From positions 116,746,001-116,810,000 of the forward strand of contig NC_043003.1 in NCBI RefSeq assembly GCF_006345805.1: a stretch of DNA of 64,000 nucleotides, written 5' to 3'. This DNA is from Octopus sinensis. Its lineage: Eukaryota. Below are positions 1 to 14,414 of this stretch, piece after piece (within the stretch, counting starts at the first letter, position 1; each line of letters starts with the position of its first letter). Both the position numbers and the translations under genes were made by a program. The notes under the pieces are model-generated. The model had not been told where the DNA came from, did not search any database, and was given only the letters and a program-made list of their open reading frames with translations.

Positions 1-75
1 CCACTTACACGTTAATTTCACGTGCAGGATGTTCCGTGAATCGGATCAGCTGGAACTCACGTCGTAATCGACAGA
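1..75 (+). mobile_element. 3' fragment of tRNA-headed SINE family 3
   Basis: Matches the 3' end of the full copy at 19214-19595 (ccacttRcacgttaattYcacg...cgtcgtaaYcgac). Confidence 0.75.
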
Positions 76-1260
76 GACAGGACACTTAAAGGTTCATTAG
101 TTTGCCTTTGTATGTCAATATGGACATCAGAAGCTTGAGACGTTGTCAGAAGGTGCTGATTGCAAGTGAGATATTCGTTGGGAAGAGTCAGTAACCCAGC
201 AATATTGACACGTAAAATATTTTATTTGTATTGTCTTAACGAAGTGTTAATGAGGAAAGATATTCTGGTGTATGCCCTACGTTCTATGGTGCGAATTTCA
301 ATGAATAATTTCTTGGTGGATGTGTTGTGGGCGGTTGCCGGACGAAATGGCAAAATTCCGATGTTGTAGAAATAAGTCCATAAGTCCTTAGATGCCCTCC
401 TGCGTAAATCCATGGAAAACTGGAAGCCTTCTGAATCTTGGAAAAGAGTTACCAGTACCATGATGATAGGCGCCTGGTATCAAACTAGTGACATCACGAT
501 TGAAGATCATTGCTTATGCATTTATTTCTACAATATCGGAAAGAGGAAATGTGAACTTTTATGCTTCTTTTTTCTCTTTCTTCTCTCCCTTCATCACCTT
601 ACACCTTTACTCTTGTACTCATTGTCGTACTTTCATTCATCTATATCATTCTCACTTTCTCTATTTGTCTCTGATGATGGAATATCCCATACTCTGGAAT
701 ATACCAGAAACAGCTGTAAGACTGAATTTTTTTTCCAATAATGACAATGTGTATGATTTGAGATGTTTGCCTTGCCTTAATGTTTGTTGCCCTCTTGGAG
801 AATTATATATCCGATGCATCGGGAATCTGAATGGTTCCATAACTACCGTCTTGGCTATAACCTTGGAGCCCTAGTAATCCGTTACAGCACTTACCTAGAG
901 TACCTAATCGTTTAGATCACCTGTGAAATAAAACCCCCATACGTTATATATATATATATTTATATATCGGTGTGTGAGTGTGTGTATGTATGTATGTATG
1001 TATGTATAAATAAATAAAAGGAATTAAACGCAGGTGTTATTCAATTTTTTTTAATTCCGACATATGTTTCGAAGACAACATCGGTATCATTCCAAAAGGA
1101 ATAAAATAGTGTAAAACAATGTAATCTTCTCATCAGAGAAAGAAAGAAACCAAATGCATCAATGAGACACTTTTAATGAAATGTGATTTTTTGCTGCCCT
1201 GGTAACCGTTTATTTATTTTTTCCGTGTTAATTGTAAACAAGGGAAAAATATACACATCC

Positions 1261-1320
<60 letters not shown>

Positions 1321-2271
1321 AGCAACAAGAATGAATCCGGTAATTTAGTACAATTGTTTCATACTACAGCATTTTATTAAAAGCTGTAAATATTACAGCA
1401 GATTTAAGATGCTGAGTAATCTTCAGCTAATTTTATATAGATTTTCCATTAATATAAAGTTCTCAGATCAATTAATAGCATCTTTGGGAAGGTAAATATA
1501 CAGATAAAGATGTAGATGAGGAACATGAGGTAGTGTAGTTAGTATGCCAACTGACCAAAACTTTGTTCACATATGTATGATTGTATGTATTTATATATAT
1601 ATATATGTATATATATGTATGCATGTATGTACGTACGTACGTACGTATGTATGTATGTATGTATGTATGTATGTATGTATGTATGTATTATGTATGTATG
1701 TATGTATGCATGTATGTATGTATTTATGTATATACTTGTGTTCGAAGAGCACTATATACATATCAGGGTAGTGTAAAAGTTAACAAGAACTTATATACAC
1801 AAGTTATATATTTCTCAGTGAGAAGATAACAAATTTGTTTAGCAAAAATATGTTTTAAAGTTTATTGTCGAAGTCTGTTTATATTTTATTAATATATTTC
1901 TTTTTGTTGATAAAATGAAGATCTAATGCATATACGGTAACAATTGAATAACTAACGTTTGTTTATTAATGAAATCCAATCCAGTACTTCAAAAGTGGAA
2001 ACTCTTGTTTTGTTATCAAACCTCCATAACTTAACTCAATGAAATAACGTATTTATAGACATTTCAAAAATTTGAGAGGAAAACTTATTTATCGCGGTTG
2101 TAACTTTATTTTAATATTTACAAGTTGGTTGATTATAGGTTTCTTCTGCTTTTGTAAAGATATTTACAAGCAATAAATGTTTGATGTCTCTAGTGGAAAC
2201 AGTATGTGTTAATGAATACGGATCGATGGCATATGTATATATATTATATATACACACACACACACACACAT

Positions 2272-2351
<80 letters not shown>

Positions 2352-2999
2352 CCCCAAAACACACGTACATTTATAATTTATATATTTTCATATACACATA
2401 TATGTAATTTTATTTTCTACTGTAGATTCAAAAGAAACGAATTCAATAATTTTTTTCATAAGAAATATTTTAATAATATTACAAAACATGAACTAGTTGA
2501 TTATATCCACATATAATCACAGGTGTGTATATGTGCATGCCGTATGTGAGTGTCAATCCTAATGTATATATACGAGTAGATGTCATGTTATGTTCTAAAG
2601 AGAGAAACATCAAAGTGCTTGTACAACTTTCGTACAAAACGAATTATTCTTCCTTTTATGATGTCGATGTTTATACGCCACTGAGTGTGTGTGTGTATAC
2701 ACATATAAATACATAAATATATATATATATTACATATATACATAAATATACATACATATATATATATATATACAAATATATATACATATATACATATATA
2801 CATATATATAATAAATATATATATACATACATATATATATATAATATATATATATATATACATATATACATAAATATACATACATATATATATATACAAA
2901 TATATATACATATATATACATATATATACATATATATATATAATATATATATACATACATATATATATATTATATATATATATATATATACATATACAA

Positions 3000-3064
<65 letters not shown>

Positions 3065-3694
3065 ATACATACATATATATATATAATATATATATACGTG
3101 TGCATACATGTGTATGCAGGTATATGTTTGCCTGCACAGATATTATTGTTGTGTCTTTTTATTAAATATATAATTTATACACACACACCCAGACTGTATG
3201 CATATATTAATGTGTGTATAAAAGAGAGAAAGGTCGTGTGTCAGTGTGTATGTATGTGTGTGTGTGCGTGCGTGTGTGTGTGTATAGACGAAGAGGGACA
3301 CATCAGACAGGGAGAATTAATTATTGTGTTTGTGATTTAATGAGTGCCGTGCAGGAGTGATTTTGCATTTCCTTCTCTCTTTCTCTCCCTTTCTCTCACT
3401 CACACACACTGTCTCTCTCTTTCTATCTCTCTTTGCAATGTATTATATGTATGTAAATATACATGTTACAATTTGCTCAATAATACTCATTACATTTCAG
3501 TGCAGGCAGCCATTATTGAATAACAAAACGGAAAATTTTCTCTCATATAATAAATATACATAACTTTTATGTTGCCGTTAAGTTTTAAACTTGGTGCATT
3601 TATTATTTAATTTGCTTACTACATATTAAGTATAATTGACTTTAGTCACTTAGAAAACTATTCTTGTGTTCCTCATGTTGATTTCAAATTTTAG

Positions 3695-3874
3695 CACAAG
3701 GCCAGCATGTTCGAAAGAGTGGATTACATCTGCCCAAATTCTCAACTGGTAATTATTTTATCGACGTCGAAAGAATAAAAGACGATGTCGATCCCAGCAG
3801 TATTTGAACCCAGAAGAAGATAAAAACGAATGAAATGCCGCTAAGCAATTCGCCCGGCATGCTAAGAATTCTGC
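3695..3874 (-). mobile_element. Degenerate SINE family 2 copy
   Basis: Diverged match to the adjacent copies (tttgaacccag, ctaagcaattcgcccggcatgcta). Confidence 0.55.
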
Positions 3875-4290
3875 CTATTTCTTTACTACGCACAAGGGGC
3901 TAAACACAGAGAGGACAAACAAGGACAGACAAACGGATTAAGTCGATTATATCGACCCCAGTGCGTAACTGGTACTTATTTAATCGACTCCGAAAGGATG
4001 AAAGGCAAAGTCGACCTCGGCGGAATTTGAACTCAGAACGTAACGGCAGACGAGATACCTATTTCTTTACCACGCACAAGGGGCTAAACACAGAGAGGAC
4101 AAACAAGGACAGACAAACGGATTAAGTCGATTATAGTGACCCCAGTGCGTAACTGGTGCTTATGTAATCGACTCCGAAATTATGAAAGGCAAAGTCGACC
4201 TCGGCGGAATTTGAACTCAGAACGTAGCAGCAGACGAGATACTGCTAAGCATTTCGTCCGGCGTGCTAACGATTCTGCCAGCTCACCGCC
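3875..4290 (-). mobile_element. Two tandem SINE family 2 copies (3875-4058 5'-truncated; 4059-4290 full)
   Basis: Near-identical direct repeats; head ggcggtgagctggcagaa with B box gttcaaattc; same family at 20216, 20893, 38529, 58095. Confidence 0.85.
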
Positions 4291-4521
4291 TTACTAGTGT
4301 CGTTATGTTAACTGCACAGTTTTCAATCAATTTTTTTCTAGAAAAGGATAAAGTGAATAAAAGCAACAGGTTCGTTCGTTTTTCAATACCAGAGAGCGAC
4401 AATCTCGGTCAGGACTGACACCAATGATTTTACTCCATTTTATGAACATCAGCATTTTCACTAGTAAATCTAACATAGTGGACGTCAAGCCGAAGGAAGG
4501 CATAGTCTGCTCGAGCGGAAA

Positions 4522-4677
4522 AGGTTGTGATCCCCGCTGTACTCCTTCGCCGCAACTTTCTCTCACTCTTTCTTCTGTTGGCCTGCTCGCTTAGCCAGCG
4601 GGGTGGCGTCATTTGAAGGTTAAAACAATGCGAAGCGATGTGTAGCAACATCTGATAGCCTGGGCGGTCACGGTGAC
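4522..4677 (+). mobile_element. SINE fragment related to family 3
   Basis: Shares gctgtactc...caactttctctcactct with family 3, then a different tail ending at (AT)n. Confidence 0.45.
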
Positions 4678-4678
4678 G

Positions 4679-4709
<31 letters not shown>

Positions 4710-6228
4710 CATATATATGTATGTATATATATGTGTATATATATATATATACACACACACGTGTGTGCGTCTGTGTGTATTTGTTGTGTATGTGTTGTGT
4801 GTGTGTGTATTTATATAAATATGCATACAAATACCCGTCATTCTACGCGGTTGCAATACAGTCGTATTTCCGTTAAAACATTTTGGTTGTCTCGCTAGGT
4901 GCTGCTCACTCCATTTGGAATGAAACTAATTAAACACCTGTCTAATATCCTCATGGACATGTTCATAAATTCATAAATTCAAGTAAGCTCCAACACAATA
5001 TTTGTTGATAGTGCCTTTAAAAGTTTTCAAAAGGTTGATAACAATTGGATAAGTAAAAATGCTTTCTATGATAATATAAGTGTCATCGAAAAGTGATGAC
5101 TAATTCAATATTCCAAACAACAATTATTAGGCCATATATTCTTATAATTTTTTATTTATACTAATCTATGACAGATAATATAAAAGCGATTCCTCTTGTT
5201 TATGTTTGTGCGAAACTGCTTTAAAAATTAGGTTTCAAAAGTCTCAAAATTTCAATTGAAAGGAGAGGCTGTAGTGCTTAAATAAGAGAAATAACAAATT
5301 GAAATATATACTATAAAAATACTTGAGAAAAACAGGTAAGCCTGGACTTGTTATTCTAGAGATATATTGAAAATATTCAGACTGTCAAATGCAGACGACA
5401 TGACGTTGAAACGAATCGTGAATATTTTTGCCTACGTAACCACTCACAAATTACCGTTCATATCTATAAATTATGATAAAAATACTTGAAACTTGCACCA
5501 AATTATAACACAATATGTCTTGTACGTCACTGCACAGATTACTGTAAATGATTTCGTATGTGTGTAAGCATCTGCATGTGCACGTATGCAAAAACAAAGA
5601 AATTATATTGATTTTGAATTGAATTACTTTTCCAGCGACTTTAACACAATAACATTTCCATCCAGCACAACGTCTATTGCATTTTATGTCAGTTACGGCA
5701 AGAATAACCACGGGCGGCATTTTTAGCTTTGAACTTTAAACTTCTTCATACAAAGATCTTTCATAAACGAGGAACAACATTGGTTAGCGATGTTAAAATA
5801 CAATCCCATAAATTGCTTTTATCAAGAAGTTGTAAGGTTACCAAACATGAAAGGCAAAGAGCTACGCTGTAAAAGCATCTTGATGTACACGTTATATTAA
5901 ATGAGATTTTCATTGTTTAAATGTCTGAGTGTAGAGATGCGCGCGCACGATTTTCTATATTGAGAGGTTGCTTTAAAAACATACATACATTTATATATAC
6001 ATGTGTGTGTGTGCGCGTGCGTGCGTGCGTGCGTGCGTGCTCGTGTATCTGTGCGTGTGTGTTTGTGAGTGTGTGTGTGCATCACACATTCACAAACACA
6101 AAGCTAAGCACATCCAAAGGACACAAGTAAAGTGTATAATCTATGAATGTGTGTGTGTATATATATATCTATATGCATATGTATATATGTGTATGTGCGT
6201 GTATTTAAACGCATACATGCATATATAA

Positions 6229-6265
<37 letters not shown>

Positions 6266-6470
6266 CATACACATATATATACATACATACACATATATAT
6301 ACACACATATACATATATATACATACATATATATGTGTATATATATATACATATATATATACATACACACACACATATATATGTATATATATACATTATA
6401 TCTATATATATATATCTATATATATAATATATATATTATATATATATAATATCTATATCCCTATATATAT

Positions 6471-6546
<76 letters not shown>

Positions 6547-6642
6547 GATATAGGATAAAACTTCTTTCAGGAAAAAAATTTTATCAATGGCCAGCATATC
6601 AAAAAATGCCTTTAAAGGTAAAATTCATATATAATTTACAAG

Positions 6643-6676
<34 letters not shown>

Positions 6677-6716
6677 ATATAAATATACATACACACACAC
6701 ACACACACACACACAC

Positions 6717-6768
<52 letters not shown>

Positions 6769-6885
6769 GTAGAAAAATACAACATGGACAAGAACGTATA
6801 ACTCATAGAAGACGATACAATAAACATGGACAGGACATTCGAACCCCTCAGTCTTCAGTCAAGAACCGGATCATCGTAGTAATTT

Positions 6886-6925
<40 letters not shown>

Positions 6926-7324
6926 CGCGTACAGCTATATTTGCAACCACTGTGTTTAGAATTCCACGAACTGCATCAGCATGGAGTCTGCTTCCAATAT
7001 GGCGTTGACTTTACTAATGTCCTCAGAACTCTGCTGGTTATGATATACAGAGCAAATGCAGGAGGAATTTTGATAAATGTCCGATGCAGATTATATCATT
7101 CGTTCCCCAAGGACTTTCCACCATTGTGATTCATTGTAGATATTCCCTGTGCGATTAAATGCTGAACTACACCAGTTTATATTTTACTGCACAAAGTGTC
7201 ACCGATTAAATGATTTCGAAACATTCAGCCGATGTAAACAGAGAACGTAAATAACCACAAAAAGGATGCATGCGTAGGAGGGAGTTGATTAAACTTCAGT
7301 TTGTGTTTTTGCTTTTGTCACAAT

Positions 7325-7750
<426 letters not shown>

Positions 7751-7921
7751 GATGGCATGATGTCAATTTAATATGACAGTCCCATGAAAGGGAAGAATGC
7801 TACTGTTATTTAGCCCAAAGAAACACCGTTTTCAGCTGGCCATGACATATTTTCTGTGTTTTCAAAGTAGAGATTAGCACATCCACCCAGCAAAGCCAGC
7901 ATTCAGAGACTAGTTTCAGAG

Positions 7922-8160
7922 TCAATGCTCAACATTCTCAAACTCTGACAAAAGAAGTTCATCATCAACTTCAACAGGGCGTTCCATTCGTGACTTCTCG
8001 TTTAGGGTGAAATTGCTATTTTTCGACTTTGCAAACCATCTTCTGCAACTGCTTTCATTCAAGCACTCTTTTCTTCCCCATAGACGGGTGGCTACTGCTT
8101 CCGTTTCCGTTTCTGGACTCGTAAAGAATTATGTCTTAAATGCTTCTTTGATACGTCCAT
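7922..8160 (-). pseudogene. Mariner transposase N-terminal remnant
   Basis: Frameshifted translation MDVSKKHLRH...SSCRRWFAKSKNSNFTLNEKSRMERPVEVDDELL resembles the mariner HTH region (CxRWFxKF...GRP). Confidence 0.7.
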
Positions 8161-10433
8161 CTTTCAGGGGTTAATATTACTAGTTAATTCAATCAGGTCA
8201 TTCTGTAAAAAGAAAGGTTTTCAAATTCATACAAGCATCAATCAATATCATTTGACATTTTAGAATACTGTGAAATTTGATAGAAATCACATACATGATA
8301 TTTCGGACATTATTTATGGAATGAGCTGATATTTACAGATAGAGTATAAACTGACTTCTGCTTTGTATCAGCATCGCATAAGCACAATAAACTCGTATTA
8401 TGCAATAAAAGCAACTTGATCATAAAAAAATATTAATACAACATACTTAACGTTTGTGTGTTTTTTAAACGCTAGTAGCTGACATTTTTCTTCCAGAAAA
8501 AATCCTTTAAAAGCTTAAAGTTTTGCCTATCTCTTAAGTGTTTAGAGACGCTAAACGTCTCTAAAAGGAATTTTACACAGCACATATATGTTACGTATGT
8601 TGCATTGATAATGTTTATATTTAAAATAAAGTGATCTCTTGATCTTTAGCAGTCGAACTTAGCGAAATATATTTTTTTTACAGTTAGTGTATTGATACAG
8701 CACAGCACATGACTGCCTTCTCAATTAATTGACTCATTAGGGCACCGATTGATTTTCATGAGGAGATTCACAGGTAGAATACACCCGAATAGTTTCTGCT
8801 TATTTCTTAATAACAAAACAAATGCTCTACAGCTGGGGTCGGGGAACTTTTTTAACTAATTACTCCCAAATATATTTATTTACACCGACGTAACGAAAGG
8901 AAGAAAACCATAGATTATTTCAATTCAAAAGTTTTATTGAATTTATTTATATGGAGAATACAGTTATAAATATAAAAAGTATAAAACAAACGTGATAAAA
9001 AAAAAATTAATATCCGCATTCTGAAACAAAATAATTTTTCTAGAAACTTTTGCATTTCAGGTTTTGGAGAAATTACGACTCATTTTTAATACAATTACAT
9101 CAAATTTGATGCCATAACAGTTCGGATGCTGTCTTCTGAGTCCAATAATTTTTGTTAAAGGGTTGAATTGAATAACTACTTAAATCCACTTAAGCAAAGC
9201 GAAAACACGTGTGTCAAAATGTAAGTTTAAGAAAACTGACAAATGAGTATTTAGTCACTTGACAACGCCTTAGTAATCAAATTGTTTGTAGTTCAAAATG
9301 GCGTGACGTCTCCTAAACACGTCAAGTACATTGGACAGATGCAGTATTGCCAGTGAAAAAATTCTGCCGTAACAAGAAACAGGTTTTTTTAACTATATAT
9401 ATATGTCTAATGAGTCCTCATTACCTGAAAGAATTTCACTTTTACTCCACTTGGTTTGTCGACCCCTGCTCTCTGGCTTTCGTTCCATATATTGAAGAAA
9501 CTGTTGCTTGCTTACGGCAACTAACACGCTTTTTATAGAGATTTCCTGAAGATAACCGCTGAGAGGAGCCAAGTAATTTGACAATTACGTTGCAGTATAT
9601 TTCGATTGTTTTTTCCCTGGATATAACTCTCGTTTCATTTGTGATTGAAATATTACAATCAATTACATCACTCTAATAAATATCATTACTTGTGGTGTAT
9701 ATTCATTGCTTGTAGTTTGACTTAAATGAAATTGCATTAAAATAACGCCTGCTGAGAGCTAACGAAAGTAAATTTAGAAACATGTCATTCTACGCAACAT
9801 GTGAGTTCAACAATGTGCTAAAGGAGATAATTATTGTGGCTTCAAAAGTATATATACATTTGTGTATGTCCTTCAGCTTAAGCGATTGCCTTTCACATTG
9901 ACGACAACAGCTGTTCGATTTGACTTCATTTAATTCCCCTTATATTTTACATAATTTAATTCTAGTCTTGATAACTTTAATAAATTCCTGAGAATGGGTA
10001 GTATTGAGAGAATGAAATGTAAATTGATTGATACTTAGATTTGTAACTGTAAGCATTCTACCATTTTCGTAATTTATCAACTATGCTTGCAGTCCGTCCT
10101 ACCAGAGACCTATAATTATTATGATGAAATGCATATTATTAGTAAATTTCGCTCAGTAGTAAAATACGCCATTGATAAGTGGATAGGAATGTTCCGGCTA
10201 ATAAATGTTTTACATTTATAATTGCTAGTTTAGAATCCACCAGTTACTATATACTAGAATCAATAGATTTCCGCTTTTGTGCTTCTACCTAATTTGAAAT
10301 TATTAACTACAATTTCTTTTGTCACTTACACAAATAGAACGATGGCAAACTTTACAAACGATGACGTTTGAAAATTTGAAAACACAGCAACTCAATGATT
10401 TACATTCGACAAATATTTGTCTTCATTGTTATT

Positions 10434-10478
10434 AACACAAAGTCTCAGCTGATATACCGCCAGCTTTCATCAGGTGTC
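10434..10478 (-). ncRNA. Minimal type I hammerhead-like motif (mutated)
   Basis: GACAC-CTGATGA-A-AGCTG-9nt-CAGCT-GAGAC-TTT-GTGTT; GAAA changed to GAGA. Confidence 0.6.
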
Positions 10479-10552
10479 TTGGGGAAATTTTGAACCTTAG
10501 GAGTTCTCGTTCCTAAGCTATTTTTCGATATTATTATTATTATTATTATTCA

Positions 10553-10625
10553 GGTCACTGACTGGAATCGAACTCAGAATCTTGGGATTAGAAGCCCGGG
10601 CTCTTAACCACTACGCTATATGCCC
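10553..10625 (-). promoter_or_regulatory. tRNA-like Pol III cassette inside the PLE 3' repeat
   Basis: 73 nt; A box TAGCGTAGTGG (10608-10618), B box GTTCGATTC (10565-10573), anticodon-loop-like CTTCTAA; followed by (AAT)n. Confidence 0.75.
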
Positions 10626-10662
10626 GTGGACAACGATGGAGTGAATTATAGGGCTTATAAAT

Positions 10663-10762
10663 TGTTACCCATAATTTAGGGTTAGGGTTAGGGGTGGGGG
10701 GAAGGGTATATTTTTTTCTTCACAAATGTAAATAAACCAAATCTGTTTCTTAAACGAGGGAC
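10663..10762 (+). mobile_element. Internal fragment of the GG-ended MITE flanked by an 18-bp direct repeat
   Basis: Matches the internal part of the MITEs at 11408 and 12391; attatagggcttataaat at 10645-10662 and 10763-10780. Confidence 0.75.
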
Positions 10763-11407
10763 ATTATAGGGCTTATAAATCGAATATTCTCCTATCCTTC
10801 CTTAATACTGGTTCCCATATGTTATTCATATCTGTACTCGGTATGCTTAGGAGGTTGTTGTGTCCTAGCATATGTGCTGCTTCTTTTACTTTTCGTATTT
10901 TCCAGTGGTGTTCTCTGTCTATTATTTTAACTTCATCCTACAGCGGCCGGTGGTCTTAAATATAGAACTGTACAGCAACTCAATGACTAAGTCTTGTCGT
11001 AATAGATTCTCTGACTTCGCAATACAAAATGAACCATATAAGGTAATCATTTTCTGTTTGAGTACAAAGATTACAAAAACAAAATTAGATCGATTCAGTA
11101 AAACACCTCAGAGGTCATGGTATACTGATCATTTTACTACAACTGTTGTAACAGCGCCAGCAGATAAGATGCGTCGTATTAGTTTTTATCAGTGGTAGAC
11201 GTCTTTACATATAAATATACGTACATACACATTTTACGGTATTACTTGAATTTAAAAATAAAAGTAGAGTTAGGATCTACACCTGCTTCAGTAAACTAGC
11301 TCGTCGTATGCCACTTTTTTCTGGGAGCAGAAATTACACGTGCACCCTTTGTCCACAGTGTCACTGTCGTTTTGCCCCATTTACCAAGCACTGTACTTAC
11401 AATTCGC

Positions 11408-11853
11408 GGATCTTTTCTGTTTGAACGCCTTTTTTTTCTAGCGGTGTCATATGAAATTGTCACCCATAATTATGACCCTAGTATCGATCTATTGCATTCA
11501 ATCTGTTTTAGGGATAGGGTTAGTTAGGCTTAGTTAGGGTTAGGGTTAGGGGTGGAGGGGAAGGGTATCTTTTTTTCTTCACAAATATAAATAAACCCAA
11601 TCTGTTTCTTAAACGAGGGACATATTCATACGGTACAGAATGTGTTTTTTACCTCAATACACGTCATTGATTGGTTGAAATTGCAGAAATTAAAGAAAAA
11701 ACAACAACAAATCTCTTAGAAACTATAGAATATTTTCAATAAAGCCAAGAAAAAACGATATTTTATAAACACATTCTTCCAGTTTACGAAGTTTAAAATT
11801 TTTTAGTTACCTAGAAATTATGTTAAAAACTGCCGTTCAAACCGAAAAGATCC
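11408..11853. mobile_element. MITE with ~28-bp TIRs (GGATCTTTTCGGTTTGAACGGCAGTTTT) and internal TTAGGG repeats
   Basis: TIRs at both ends; three full copies in the window; no TSD visible here. Confidence 0.85.
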
Positions 11854-12390
11854 AGTTTCTGCTTCCTTCCAAATGTTCAAGCTACACATGAAACACATGA
11901 CTCCCCCCACACTCACACACACACAAAACAATATAACCTAAAATACTTTTCTGTAACCATACAATTCAAAACAGTTATTCCATTACTCTAATTCCTCTAC
12001 TGATTCGAACTTCAAACCTAAACGTTGGAATTCCTATTGAATAGAATGTGTCGTAGATTGGATGTGCTTGCTGCTGATCAAATACACACGATGCACACGT
12101 GGAGGTTTGATCCTGCACTCACTTCCGTTGGTCATTCTTGTATAATAAAAAAGCACAACTTCGTAACCTGAGATTTTTGTTTCCTGAAGGCGAAACTGAC
12201 CGGATATTTTTGGCAACACTTCTTCTATCATTCCAAAATGTGACTCAGCATTTTAATTGGAAACCAATTAACCCAATGTATGCGCATAACAAGTACCTGT
12301 GAAAGCACGCATCGCATATAACTCAGGTGTCGGTACAGCTAAAATATTTCAATCAGCCCTGACAAAATTTGAATTTTCATTAAGAAACTG

Positions 12391-12800
12391 GGATCTTTTC
12401 GGTTTGAACGGCAGTTTTTTCTAGCGGTTTCATATGAAATTGTCACCCATAATTATGACCCTAGTATCGATCTATTGTATTTCTATCTGTTTTAGGGTTA
12501 GGGTTAGGGGTGGGGGGAAGGGTATCTTTTTTTTCACAAATGTAAATAAAATCGATCTGTTTCTTAAACGAGGGACATATCCATACGGCACAGAATGTTT
12601 GTACCTCAATAGACGTAATTGATTGGTTGAAATTGCAGAAATTGAAGAAAAAACCCAAAATATCTTACAAACTATAGAATTTTCTCAATAAAGCCAAGAG
12701 AAAAAGATGTTTTATAAACACATTCTACCAGTATACGAAGTTTAAAATTTTTTAGTTACCTAGAAATTGTTAAAAACTGCCATTCAAGCCGAAAAGATCC
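12391..12800. mobile_element. Second copy of the GG-ended MITE
   Basis: TIRs and internal identity to the 11408 copy; no TSD visible. Confidence 0.85.
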
Positions 12801-12917
12801 GAAAGTTTTACTTCTGAAGGATTATAGTTCAAGTACCGCTTTCTCAGTGGCTGTTGACGAACAAGCGAGTGCTCTATCAGTAAAATGAGCTCCAGTTTCA
12901 TTTAGATGGAAAAAAGA

Positions 12918-12956
<39 letters not shown>

Positions 12957-13317
12957 AGACAGAGGGAGAGACAGACAGACAGCAAGTGTACTTAAAATAA
13001 AAATATTTTATTATAGTAAAGCGGAATGACAAATGGAAGAGAAAAGTGAAAAAGAAATTAAGAGATACAGAGACAAAATAACGAATAAGACGAGTTTTTG
13101 CGGACAAACGGGGGGGTGGGGATTAAAATGGAAAAATACAGACTAAAGCATTACAGGGGCGACAAACTGCAGTAACATACACAATAGGAAAGGGAGGAGA
13201 TAAACTGTGGATATAGACACCCAGATTTCTGGAAATATTGCTTTCAACTAGCAATAACCACGCCTAGGATTACCCTCATTGGCTACGGCAACCTCTCTGT
13301 GCAAAGCATATACATGA

Positions 13318-13359
<42 letters not shown>

Positions 13360-13486
13360 GCATGTATATATATATATGATCACACATGCAAGTGAATATG
13401 TACAGCTTTGGATATATTAGTACGTATATGTGTGAACGTAGGTGCGTCCATTCCTATGTGAGGGTATTATATATATATACATACAT

Positions 13487-13575
<89 letters not shown>

Positions 13576-13950
13576 TATGTGTGTACGCGCGCACACACAT
13601 TTATACATGACGAAACACATGACATATCATACACAGAAATATATAAAACCATTCATATACGCATACACATACAGTAAGGTACACATTTCTTTAAAAACAG
13701 GGGAAAATATAAGAAACGCCGCCCAATGCCTCAAGATTGCTTTAGACACACTCGGACGTTAAAACCGTGGTAGGTCATTAAATTACATAGTAACACAGGC
13801 ATGAGTCATGCACTGGGTAGAATGATGGCAATAAGATTGTCGTATTGTGAATAATAAACAAGAAACAAGTGTATTCAGACACTTAGAACACAGTTTTTTT
13901 ATTTCACGATCCAGACGCTACAGTTGTTTTGTTGCAATTTTTGCTCTCTA

Positions 13951-14027
<77 letters not shown>

Positions 14028-14167
14028 TCCTCTCTCTGGTGGTATATTAAGAACAGATATATTGTATGTGTATTATTGCATATCATCAATTAAGAATTAG
14101 AAATGAATAAAAAGCTATGAGACAAAAAACAAATGTAGCTGTCTAACAGGTTTACCTTTTCTGTCAG

Positions 14168-14266
14168 AAATTTTATATAGTAAGTATTAAAAGACACAAG
14201 ACCTCCGAAATATCACAATCCAAATGTTGTGAGTGAGTTTATTATAGTTTTTATCCATATATGGAT

Positions 14267-14303
<37 letters not shown>

Positions 14304-14414
14304 GGATAGATAGATAGATATGTTTCTTTATTAGCCACATAGGGCTGCACACAGTCGGGACAGATTACAAAGTAGAGCTTTTCATTTTTAGGGGAAGAAA
14401 AATGTTGTGTAGGT
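14168..14414. repeat. Left arm of a local inverted duplication (partner 15839-16118)
   Basis: Reverse-complement match on both sides of the (GATA)n tract, with few mismatches. Confidence 0.9.

Larger units (their letters stand above)
10393..10990 (-). mobile_element. 3' end of a Penelope-like element: GIY-YIG C-terminus plus terminal repeat with tRNA-like cassette and hammerhead
   Basis: Translation HRPL*DEVKIIDREHHWKIRKVKEAAHMLGHNNLLSIPSTDMNNIWEPVLRKDRRIFDL* fits a PLE endonuclease C-terminus; the downstream part matches 37464-37731. Confidence 0.75.

Noticed and set aside
100-925. Possible minus-strand terminal exon/3' UTR (acceptor near 920, AATAAA near 225)
   Set aside because: All frames stop within a few codons and no upstream exon is evident; cannot be supported.
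6820-6870. Hammerhead candidate CTGAAGA...GAATGTC (minus)
   Set aside because: No helix II pairing, incomplete GAAA and no helix I.
9293-9312. YY1-like AAAATGGCG plus CRE-like TGACGT as a promoter
   Set aside because: Short motifs without a CpG island or a supported downstream exon.
10553-10625. Functional tRNA gene
   Set aside because: Acceptor stem is poor and the sequence is embedded in a repeat found twice in the window; treated as a tRNA-derived cassette.
10944-11042. Apparent 99-nt plus-strand exon with AG/GT ends
   Set aside because: Overlaps the antisense PLE endonuclease remnant; the peptide resembles nothing I recognise.
11508-11551. Telomere remnant or chromosome fusion site
   Set aside because: The short TTAGGG tracts are internal to a multi-copy MITE.
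11408-12800. Composite transposon formed by the two adjacent MITEs
   Set aside because: Outer flanks show no TSD; the agaaact inverted match of the inner flanks is only 7 bp.
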